Shown: in pieces, positions 56,782 to 64,000 of the stretch
Layout of the letters: each line of letters starts with the position of its first letter
Position numbering within the stretch: position 1 is the stretch's first letter
Assembly: GCA_018335585.1 (NCBI GenBank)
Contig: JAGXRZ010000001.1
Location: 6,281 to 70,280 of the forward strand
Source of the DNA: Selenomonadales bacterium
GTDB taxonomy: Bacteria > Bacillota > UBA994
Direction: 5' to 3'
Length of the DNA stretch: 64,000 nt
Program-made: the position numbers and the translations under genes
Notes under the pieces: model-generated
Databases searched by the model: none
Seen by the model: the letters and a program-made list of their open reading frames with translations, nothing else
What the model was told of the DNA's origin: nothing

Positions 56782-57432
56782 TTACTCCCTCTGACCCACC
56801 TGCTCCAAAAACTCCACAAAGGGGCCAAAACATTGCGGGCAGCGCTCTGCAATCTCTTTATACCCAACTCTAGACAACACCGCCGGTGCATCTACTGTCT
56901 CTTTATATCTTCGTCCCTCTTGCATGAAGAGCTCTTCTACCACTACCTTAGGGGGGCGGTCATGGTTCTGGTCTTCCACTGGCACAACCCAAGATCGCTT
57001 TAGCTGCTTCTTGCCCAAACGCCAAGCCAGAGCATCCTCGGCAGCTAGCACTAGCGCCTCTAAATCATGCTTGAGGCAGAAAACAAAAAACCGATCCAGA
57101 AGACGCATATCATCGACGTTGCTGTGCTGCAGTGCCCGCCTAAAAGCGCTGACAATGCCCTGCTGGAGTTGCGTCGTCGTTTCATGCTCAAGCCCTTTAT
57201 TCTTTGGGTACAGGTCTGGCAAGGCTACCACAACTGTATCAGCACTATGCCGCAGTATATTTGCGGCCCTCACCGGCACCTTAAAGACCATAGACTTCTT
57301 CTTATCCCCGTTTGGCGCCTCAAAAAACTCGATGGTGACCCCGCTCTGACGTTTACTTTCAATTACTGGGCTCAATAAAAGCTCTAACGCAGCTTTATCT
57401 GACGGTCCCTCAACATAAACAATTATCCTCAT
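56782..57432 (-). CDS. DUF4276-like (Toprim-related) protein
   Basis: MRIIVYVEGPSDKAALELLL.., ALPDLYP, KHDLEALVLA. ATGA overlap with the upstream ATPase. Confidence 0.55.
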   Translation of the reverse strand: MRIIVYVEGPSDKAALELLLSPVIESKRQSGVTIEFFEAPNGDKKKSMVFKVPVRAANILRHSADTVVVALPDLYPKNKGLEHETTTQLQQGIVSAFRRALQHSNVDDMRLLDRFFVFCLKHDLEALVLAAEDALAWRLGKKQLKRSWVVPVEDQNHDRPPKVVVEELFMQEGRRYKETVDAPAVLSRVGYKEIAERCPQCFGPFVEFLEQVGQRE

Positions 57433-58595
57433 GGTAGCCTCTCCAACTCGTCGCTACGATGCATTGCTTCAAGCTCATCTATGCCAAATTCCAGCAGGTT
57501 CGCCTTTAGCATCTGAGAGGTGCTCGGCTTAATAAATTGAGCCCCTCCGTCTACTTTGCGAAATACGGCAAGACGCTCTAAGTCAAAATGCACGAGGAAA
57601 TAGGAGGCATGGGTAGCCAAAAATATCTGCGTGCGATCACACGCCTTTTCGAAGAGCCCTGCGAGAAGCGGGAGGGTGCGGGGGTGGACGCCTTGGTCAG
57701 GCTCATCAATGCATATCAATGAGGGAGGTTTTGGTTGGACGCAAAGGACAATCCAACAGATTAGTCGTAATATCCCATCCGAGAGGTCCGCTAGACTTAG
57801 TTCTTGGTCAACGCCTTCTTCTTGCCAGAAGGCAATGACCTCGCCTCGTCCCCCGCGGGCCTTCACCGCTAGTCCCTTAAAGCCAGGCACAACCGCTCGC
57901 AGATGCAACTCCAGCTCTTCAAACGCCTCCCTGTGTTCTGTCATCAGATAATGCATCATAGAGCTCAGGTTGCCACCGTCTTCATGCAGGACCGGCTCCT
58001 GCTCGATGGGCACAGACTTGCGAATCTTCTCGTGATTAATGTTAAAGGAGCTATAGAAGCGCCATTCACGTATGTACTCCCTGAGTTGAAAGAGCGTCTT
58101 TTGGTTGGGGTTGGTCATGGTGCTGAGCGCCAGCTGGTTGGGACGCGACAGGGTGATCTCCTGCCGCTCTAACTTCTTGGACTCACCCTGAACTACGCCC
58201 ACCCGATCCTTAAAGTCCATAAAAACGTACGGCTTGTCATGCTGCGGGCCGAACGGTCTTCTGGATACCACCTTCTCGAAAGAGACCCGTGTGCGGCCGA
58301 TAGGGCCCGTTAACTCCCCTTGATAGCAGATAGGAACGGGCTGCCCACTGTCTATTTCTAGGCTCCACGAAAAGCGTTCGGGGCCCGGCATATGGAATAT
58401 CTGCTGCCCGACTGAGCCCGCTATAATCTCCGGCGGAATCTCCTGGTACACACTATTGCGCAGAAACTTCAGGAACTCAAAGAAGCTCGATTTGCCCGCG
58501 CCATTTGCACCAACAAGTATCTCCAGCGGCCCGAGCGGTGCCACCAAATCCTTAAAAGGTCGGTAGCCCATAATCTGCACGGAGTTCAACTTCAT
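57429..58595 (-). CDS. ABC-type/AAA_21-like ATPase
   Basis: Walker A VGANGAGKSS, Walker B LICIDEPDQGVHP, H-loop LATHASY. Start set to ATG 58595 (MKLNSVQIMGYRPF). Confidence 0.7.
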   Translation of the reverse strand: MKLNSVQIMGYRPFKDLVAPLGPLEILVGANGAGKSSFFEFLKFLRNSVYQEIPPEIIAGSVGQQIFHMPGPERFSWSLEIDSGQPVPICYQGELTGPIGRTRVSFEKVVSRRPFGPQHDKPYVFMDFKDRVGVVQGESKKLERQEITLSRPNQLALSTMTNPNQKTLFQLREYIREWRFYSSFNINHEKIRKSVPIEQEPVLHEDGGNLSSMMHYLMTEHREAFEELELHLRAVVPGFKGLAVKARGGRGEVIAFWQEEGVDQELSLADLSDGILRLICWIVLCVQPKPPSLICIDEPDQGVHPRTLPLLAGLFEKACDRTQIFLATHASYFLVHFDLERLAVFRKVDGGAQFIKPSTSQMLKANLLEFGIDELEAMHRSDELERLP

Positions 58596-58660
58596 CCGCA
58601 TATGCGTCCACCCCGTTTCACAACTTTGCTCCAGTATAGCATGCCGGCGCGGCCCTGTGG

Positions 58661-58813
58661 GCATCTCTCTTTCCAATCAGGGTAATCAGTGAAATCAGGC
58701 TCTAAACTACGGGGGTTCCTCAGGATAACCAGAGCCTGATTGACCTTATTGCCCTGATTAGGGCATGTAGGAGTGCTGTGAAGCAAAAAGCTCCGTCCCT
58801 TTTGCTTCGCATT
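58661..58813. repeat. Terminal island hairpin unit plus REP hairpin (right island boundary)
   Basis: Unit 58675-58762, then gtaggagtgctgtgaagcaaaaagctccgtcccttttgcttc (REP 58782-58813). Confidence 0.9.
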
Positions 58814-58829
58814 TCTTAACAAGCGCATG

Positions 58830-59081
58830 CTAGCACCCCTCGCGCAAAGACCAATCCATGAACTGCTGAAACTGCTCGTCCTCAGCTAGGTCTAAGAAGC
58901 GCTGCCTTTGTTCCGCACTGAGAGCCGCGAGGAAGCGGTGGTAGTATTGTGATTTACGCCAACTCACTCCGTATCGGCGTACACCGCGTGCTCTAATGGC
59001 CCGCACGCGTAGCCAGCAACCCAGGATAACTGCCCCTGCCCCCGCTGCTATCACCAAGTACCACAATAAGTTGGCGTACAC
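58830..59081 (-). CDS. small single-TM protein, paralog of 43364..43645
   Basis: (V)YANLLWYLVIAAGAGAVILGCWLR..SWRKSQYY..LSAEQRQRF..MDWSLREGC. GTG start. Confidence 0.5.
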   Translation of the reverse strand: MYANLLWYLVIAAGAGAVILGCWLRVRAIRARGVRRYGVSWRKSQYYHRFLAALSAEQRQRFLDLAEDEQFQQFMDWSLREGC

Positions 59082-59186
59082 CCCACCCCATACCCTTCTC
59101 TACTCAACTTATTCGCATGAGTTCTCTGGGTATTCTAACACCGCGAGATGGAAAAACAAGTCGAAGCGTGTCGGACGGGAAAGAAA

Positions 59187-60353
59187 TCAATCCTTCGCAT
59201 ACAAGTCGCGAGTATAGACTTTGTCGATTACGTCTGCCAATTCCGAGGTCATCCTATTGCTTATAATCACGTCCGAGATTCGCTTAAACTCGTCTAAGTC
59301 GCGTACAACGCGCGAACCGAAAAAGTGAGTGTCCCGCAATAGAGGTTCGAAGACAACCACTTCTATGCCCTTGCCCTTGATACGCTTCATGATGCCTTGA
59401 ATAGATGAGGCCCTGAAGTTGTCGGAGTCTGCCTTCATGGTTAGACGGTAGACCCCGACGACTTTTGGTTTTCTGGCTAACACCATCTCGGCTATGTGGT
59501 CTTTTCGGGTTCGATTCGCTTCGACGATTGCACAGATAATATTGTTTGGCACCTTGTCGTAGTTGGCCAGGAGCTGCTTGGTGTCCTTGGGCAGGCAATA
59601 CCCACCGTAGCCAAAGGAGGGGTTGTTGTAGTGAAGGCCAATTCTTGGGTCTAACCCTACCCCCTCGATGATTTCCCTTGTATTAAGGCCCTTTACTTCA
59701 GCATAAGTGTCCAGCTCATTGAAGAAAGCAACCCGCATTGCGAGGTAGGCATTGGCAAAGAGCTTAATCGCCTCTGCTTCTTCTGGCCCGGTAAACAGCA
59801 CCGGCACGTCTTGCTTAGCGGCTCCATCGACTAGGAGTTGGGCAAACCCCTCTGCGCGGGCGCATTTCGCTCCTACGATAATACGCGAAGGGTATAAACT
59901 GTCATGCAAAGCTTTCCCTTCGCGCAGGAACTCCGGCGAGAATATGATATTGTCGCAGTCGAACTGGCGACGCATCCTAGCGGTAAAGCCAATTGGCACC
60001 GTTGACTTAACTACGATCGTTGCGCCTGGGTTCTCAACTATGGTAGCAGATATCGCATCTTCTACCGTGGAAGTGTCAAATCCGCCATTTGAAGCATCGT
60101 AGTTTGTGGGCGTAGCAATCACAACATAGTCCGCATCACGAACGGCTTCTTGCATATCCACCGTTGCATCTAGCAGAAGGTCTTTAGCGGCTAAGTATTG
60201 CTCAATATCTACGTCTATAATGGGCGAAAGCTTCCTCTGTACCATGTCGACTTTTTCGGCTACGATGTCGGATCCAACTACGTTGTTGCGTTGAGCAAGC
60301 AAAATCGCCATCGAGAGTCCTACATAACCCAAACCTATAACAGCTATCTTCAT
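59187..60353 (-). CDS. ugd: UDP-glucose 6-dehydrogenase
   Basis: [14 protein letters not shown] Rossmann N-terminus, [10 protein letters not shown] catalytic Cys motif. Confidence 0.85.
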   Translation of the reverse strand: MKIAVIGLGYVGLSMAILLAQRNNVVGSDIVAEKVDMVQRKLSPIIDVDIEQYLAAKDLLLDATVDMQEAVRDADYVVIATPTNYDASNGGFDTSTVEDAISATIVENPGATIVVKSTVPIGFTARMRRQFDCDNIIFSPEFLREGKALHDSLYPSRIIVGAKCARAEGFAQLLVDGAAKQDVPVLFTGPEEAEAIKLFANAYLAMRVAFFNELDTYAEVKGLNTREIIEGVGLDPRIGLHYNNPSFGYGGYCLPKDTKQLLANYDKVPNNIICAIVEANRTRKDHIAEMVLARKPKVVGVYRLTMKADSDNFRASSIQGIMKRIKGKGIEVVVFEPLLRDTHFFGSRVVRDLDEFKRISDVIISNRMTSELADVIDKVYTRDLYAKD

Positions 60354-61390
60354 AGGCAGCCCTCACGCTTGAACCACTCTAAAGTCTTACGCAATCCGGT
60401 ATATAGATCCACAGTCGGCTGCCAGCCAAGCAGGGCTCTTGCTTTCGCTATGTCAGGTTGACGAACATGCGGGTCGTCCTGGGGCAGGGGCAGGTGCACT
60501 AGCTCACTACTGCTTCCTGAGGCCTCCAAGACAGCCCTAGCAAACTCCATTATTGTTATTTCGCTCGGGTTACCGAGATTAAAAACGCAGGCTAGCTCTT
60601 CCTTACCGGCTAGCGCCCCTGCCGTATCGGACGCGTGCGCACAAGGCTCCCAGTAAAGAAGGCGCATCAACCCCTCGACCAAATCATCGACATAACAAAA
60701 GCTTCGCGTCTGCAATCCGCTACCATATATTGTTAACGGGTGGCCTTTCAGGGCTTGTGCAATGAAGTTTGGTAAAGCACGTCCGTCGTTTGGGCACATG
60801 CGCGGCCCATAGGTATTAAAGATGCGCGCTATACGGATGGGCACTCCATGCACACGATGGTAGGCGAGAGTCATGGCCTCTGCATATCGTTTGGCCTCGT
60901 CATAAACGCTGCGCGGACCAATAGGGTTCACATTGCCCCAGTAGCTCTCAGGCTGTGGGTTTATCATCGGATCCCCATATACCTCCGATGTAGAAGCCAG
61001 GAGAAAGGTTGCGCCAGTAGCTCTTGCCAAATTCAGTGCGTTATAGGTGCCAAACGCACCCGCCTTGAGCGTGTCTATCGGATATGCTAGGTAATCTTTT
61101 GGGCTGGCGGGGCTTGCGAAATGGAGGACGTAGTCTATTCGGCTTTCGGGGAGCCCTAGGTCTGCTATATCAATGCGTTCAGAGATGTCGCGTTCCACGA
61201 AGGAGAAGTTGTTGTGCCCAACCAGATGCGACAGGTTTTCTAATGTTCCGGTGAGCAGGTTATCAAGGCATAGGACTAGGTGACCGTCTTGCACTAGCCG
61301 GTCGCAAAGGTGAGAGCCCAAGAACCCAGCTCCGCCTGCTAGTAGGCTAATGGTTTGACGTTTGGACACTTGCATCGGTAACACCTCCAC
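60350..61390 (-). CDS. UDP-glucuronate decarboxylase (UDP-xylose synthase-like SDR)
   Basis: [20 protein letters not shown] (YxxxK). Follows ugd with a 4-nt overlap. Confidence 0.75.
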   Translation of the reverse strand: MEVLPMQVSKRQTISLLAGGAGFLGSHLCDRLVQDGHLVLCLDNLLTGTLENLSHLVGHNNFSFVERDISERIDIADLGLPESRIDYVLHFASPASPKDYLAYPIDTLKAGAFGTYNALNLARATGATFLLASTSEVYGDPMINPQPESYWGNVNPIGPRSVYDEAKRYAEAMTLAYHRVHGVPIRIARIFNTYGPRMCPNDGRALPNFIAQALKGHPLTIYGSGLQTRSFCYVDDLVEGLMRLLYWEPCAHASDTAGALAGKEELACVFNLGNPSEITIMEFARAVLEASGSSSELVHLPLPQDDPHVRQPDIAKARALLGWQPTVDLYTGLRKTLEWFKREGCL

Positions 61391-61398
61391 CTAATGAA

Positions 61399-62367
61399 TT
61401 ATCGGACAACCCCACCTTTTGCCACAGCGTGGAGTCTATGTCGTAAGGCATGGGGGAGTCTTCGCACAATCTCAACCGCTAGGCGCGGGTCGCTAGCAAC
61501 ATGCTTACACAAGCCTATGAAATTGCCTTTCCTAAGCGCAGAGGCGACCGGGGCGAAACGCTGCTCAAGCTTTGCAGTAGAGGCATGCTTTCTTATTACA
61601 TCCTTTTCTTCGTGTGAAAAATCCGAACGCAAAAGCAACCGCCCATAGAGATGCAGGAGATCCGCCCATCTACGGTCTTGCGTACTAAACGACTGTGGAG
61701 TCAGGCGGTAGTAATATAAAGCAGGCTCAATAAGTATCAGCCGTAGCCCCGCCTTGAAAAGCTCGCAATAAAACTCCAGATCCTCGCCGTATCTGCGGTC
61801 AATATTGTATGTAAGCTCATGTTGGCGGATAGCATCCAAAGGGATGAGTGGCTTAATCATGGGTGCACTAAGTGTCAGGTACTGCAGGAGGTCTAGCTCC
61901 AGTCTGCCATCAGCATCGTAAGGCACTCTGTGAAAGAGCTGAGACCCGGTGCCAAACGGGCGCAATCCCCTGGGCGTTTCAAAACACACCAGATGATCGT
62001 CCGCCACAAAGAACTCGCTTCCGGCAGCCTCGGCTAGTAGCACCAAGATTTCAAGTCGATTCGGGGCCCACTCGTCGTCTGCGTCGAGGAGTGTGACATA
62101 CTTGCCCCTTGCCTGCGCCAGGGCGGTGTTGCGCGCCGCCCCAGGCCCACCGTTAGAACTGTGAGCGATTAGGGTTATTCGCTTGTCCGTAAAGTAGCGC
62201 ACAGCCTGCGCCGAGTTATCGCGGGAGCAGTCGTCAACCACTAATAGCTCAAAGTTTGTGTACGTTTGTGCAAGTACCGAAGTAATTGCGGCGGCAATGT
62301 ACTTTTCTGCGTTATAAGTGGGAACGATTATTGAGACTAAGTGCCCAGTGAGCACACCATTGCCCAT
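61399..62367 (-). CDS. glycosyltransferase family 2
   Basis: VSIIVPTYNAEKYI..LLVVDDCSRDNS..LDADDE (DxD). Confidence 0.8.
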   Translation of the reverse strand: MGNGVLTGHLVSIIVPTYNAEKYIAAAITSVLAQTYTNFELLVVDDCSRDNSAQAVRYFTDKRITLIAHSSNGGPGAARNTALAQARGKYVTLLDADDEWAPNRLEILVLLAEAAGSEFFVADDHLVCFETPRGLRPFGTGSQLFHRVPYDADGRLELDLLQYLTLSAPMIKPLIPLDAIRQHELTYNIDRRYGEDLEFYCELFKAGLRLILIEPALYYYRLTPQSFSTQDRRWADLLHLYGRLLLRSDFSHEEKDVIRKHASTAKLEQRFAPVASALRKGNFIGLCKHVASDPRLAVEIVRRLPHALRHRLHAVAKGGVVR

Positions 62368-62372
62368 GTTGA

Positions 62373-63524
62373 TTACCCCTTTACCGAAGTTTTGCGCGAC
62401 AGCATATCAAAATACACCATTTCCCATCGAGCAACGACCGTGCCTAGACTATAGTTGTCCTCCACATGACGCCGGCCAGCCTCACCCATTGACTGGCGCT
62501 CCGCAGCCGTAAGAGCCATAACTCGGACCATGGCCTCGGCTAGTGCCTCTGCGTCGCCGGGAGGAACGAGATACCCGCCGTCTCTTGGCACCGCTTCGCT
62601 GTTTCCGCTTACGTTAGTGGCGACAATAGGCAGCCCGCTAGCTGCAGCCTCAAGCAGGGCCATCGGCAGCCCTTCGTAAACTGAAGACATAACATAGGCA
62701 TCGGCGACATTCATGAGCGCAGGCACATCTCGCCGCACGCCTAGAAACAGCACCTTCTGCGACAAGCCTAGTTTGGCGGTAAGTTGTATCATATCCGGCA
62801 TTAACGGACCATGCCCGGCTACAAGCAACTTTGCGCTCTGACTCGCCGCGTTGGCAATCTTGAAAGCAGACAGCAGCGTAGGATAGTCCTTTGGCGATTC
62901 AAGTCGTCCCACCGCTAGCCAGACGAACTCGTTAGTGACCCCTAGGCTGTCCAGCAGTGGCCGCGCTAGGGCCGGGTTGAGTGCGAATTTGGCGATGTCT
63001 ACGCCGTTAGGCACTGTCATAATCTTAGCCTCTGGAGCTACGCCTATCCGGATGTAGCGCTCGGTTGCCGCATGGCTTACATTAGTGGTTACGTCTGCCA
63101 AACCATCTGTTAGTCGATAAGCGACTTCGCGCCATCTGCCGCCCTCATTGATGCTGTGGGCAGTGGAGATCAGCACCGGCACATTCTGCAACAGACGCGT
63201 AATCCGCCCGAGAATATTCGCGTGCACCATATGGCTGTGCAGTACATCTGGCTTCCACTGGCGAAGGATTCTCGCTAACGCCCAGACGGCGCGTGGGTCT
63301 GGAACCCCTCGCCGCATATGAAGCGTTTCAACAACGACCCCTGCGTGACGCAGGTCGTCAGCTAACGCTTTTAGCGGCAGCAAGGAGATTACACCAACTT
63401 GCCATCCGCGCAGTCTGAGAGCGACAGCTAGGTTTACGACCTGTTGTTCGGCTCCACCGACATCGAGCCCTGTAAGCAAAAACACTACACGAAGGGTCGA
63501 CGGGTTGTCTACGCCTAGTACCAA
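62373..63524 (-). CDS. glycosyltransferase family 4 (GT-B)
   Basis: N-terminal ..LTGLDVGGAEQQV and C-terminal SVYEGLPMALLEAAASGLPIVAT (EX7E). TTG track start, true start uncertain. Confidence 0.8.
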   Translation of the reverse strand: MVLGVDNPSTLRVVFLLTGLDVGGAEQQVVNLAVALRLRGWQVGVISLLPLKALADDLRHAGVVVETLHMRRGVPDPRAVWALARILRQWKPDVLHSHMVHANILGRITRLLQNVPVLISTAHSINEGGRWREVAYRLTDGLADVTTNVSHAATERYIRIGVAPEAKIMTVPNGVDIAKFALNPALARPLLDSLGVTNEFVWLAVGRLESPKDYPTLLSAFKIANAASQSAKLLVAGHGPLMPDMIQLTAKLGLSQKVLFLGVRRDVPALMNVADAYVMSSVYEGLPMALLEAAASGLPIVATNVSGNSEAVPRDGGYLVPPGDAEALAEAMVRVMALTAAERQSMGEAGRRHVEDNYSLGTVVARWEMVYFDMLSRKTSVKG

Positions 63525-63543
63525 AGGACATCGCCCCTCCGCA

Positions 63544-64000
63544 TTACTGCAATAGAATCTCTAGGTACTTCTCGGCCACGGCATTGACCTCAAACACCTG
63601 TGCACGCTCTGCCAAACCAAGCCTTTCCTGAGGACATATAAGCTCGTTTGTGATTGCGTCAGCAAGTGCTTTGTGGTCGCCTACGGGGACAAGCTGGCCC
63701 CATTTGCCATCTTCTAAAATCTCTGCCGGACCGGATGGGCAATCAGTGGCGATAACCGGGGTGCCCAAAGCCATCGTCTCCACTAGCACGGTGGGAAGTC
63801 CTTCCCACATTGATGACAGAACAAACAGCGACGCACGCGCCATATAGGCGTAGGGATTGTCGACATAGCCAGGCATTGAAACGTAGTCTTGGATTCCTAG
63901 CTCGCTTGCCAAAGCCGCTAATCGCGCGCGCTCATCGCCCTCGCCCAGGACAACCAGCCTGGCCGAACAAGTCGGACGCACCAAGGCAAAGGCCCGCAAA
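63544..64000 (-). CDS. glycosyltransferase family 4, C-terminal part (gene continues past window end)
   Basis: SSMWEGLPTVLVETMALGTPVIATD (EX7E motif). The ORF is open at the window edge. Confidence 0.7.
   Translation of the reverse strand, partial: LRAFALVRPTCSARLVVLGEGDERARLAALASELGIQDYVSMPGYVDNPYAYMARASLFVLSSMWEGLPTVLVETMALGTPVIATDCPSGPAEILEDGKWGQLVPVGDHKALADAITNELICPQERLGLAERAQVFEVNAVAEKYLEILLQ

Larger units (their letters stand above)
45366..58829. mobile_element. Mosaic TA/defence cassette island delimited by hairpin repeats (integron-like or MITE pile-up; no recombinase in window)
   Basis: Nine small modules are separated by one repeat family found nowhere else in the window. pmm 3-prime scars lie inside it, housekeeping glycan genes sit on both flanks, and several cassettes are visibly AT-richer. 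Confidence 0.6.

Noticed and set aside
46741-58813. Possible CRISPR array formed by the island repeats
   Set aside because: Spacing is irregular (from ~65 bp up to 2.4 kb). The short spacers are themselves conserved linker copies. The repeats are long imperfect palindromes. No cas genes are present.
45366-58829. Classical integron
   Set aside because: There is no intI or attI in the window. Cassette orientation is mixed. I could not find canonical R''/R' (RYYYAAC/GTTRRRY) boxes in the unit. I keep it only as an analogy in the findings.
45366-58829. Prophage or ICE
   Set aside because: There are no capsid, tail, terminase, replication, conjugation or integrase genes. The content is only TA/defence-type modules.

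Overview
About 60% GC (judged by eye) bacterial chromosome segment. Synteny looks like Bacillota/Clostridia: murB, argS, murC, iscR-nifS-iscU, prmC-prfA-DUF1385-rpmE, a CgeB-like gene, and surface proteins with Cu-amine-oxidase-N 'stalk' domains. The taxon is an inference. I support about 60 genes and saw no rRNA, tRNA or CRISPR. The backbone is housekeeping genes, a two-component system, a kal-kce-atoDA-fsa-glpX operon, a cell-surface locus (S41 protease, 1015-aa stalk-domain protein, 1650-aa S8 protease with 7 Big_2 repeats, O-antigen-ligase/TPR protein) and a glycan locus (pmm ... ugd, uxs, 3 GTs). Three things stand out. (1) 45.4-58.8 kb, directly after pmm, is a mosaic island of nine toxin-antitoxin/defence cassettes. 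They are separated by copies of one ~85-nt iteron-containing hairpin unit, by scars of the pmm 3-prime end, and by a reused promoter module. No recombinase is in the window. (2) Intergenic DNA is full of tandem heptamer arrays (GCNNNNN type) arranged as inverted pairs that bracket whole cistrons. These include nifS, atoD and three paralogous four-helix-bundle (23S-rRNA-IVS/Avd-like) genes wedged into the kal..glpX operon. The same arrays also sit in frame inside prmC and pmm. (3) Two further small repeat families occur: a GAAGCAAAAG-N9-CTTTTGCTTC hairpin (about 14 copies) and a 52-nt double hairpin. All functional calls rest on motifs read from the translations. No database search was run.
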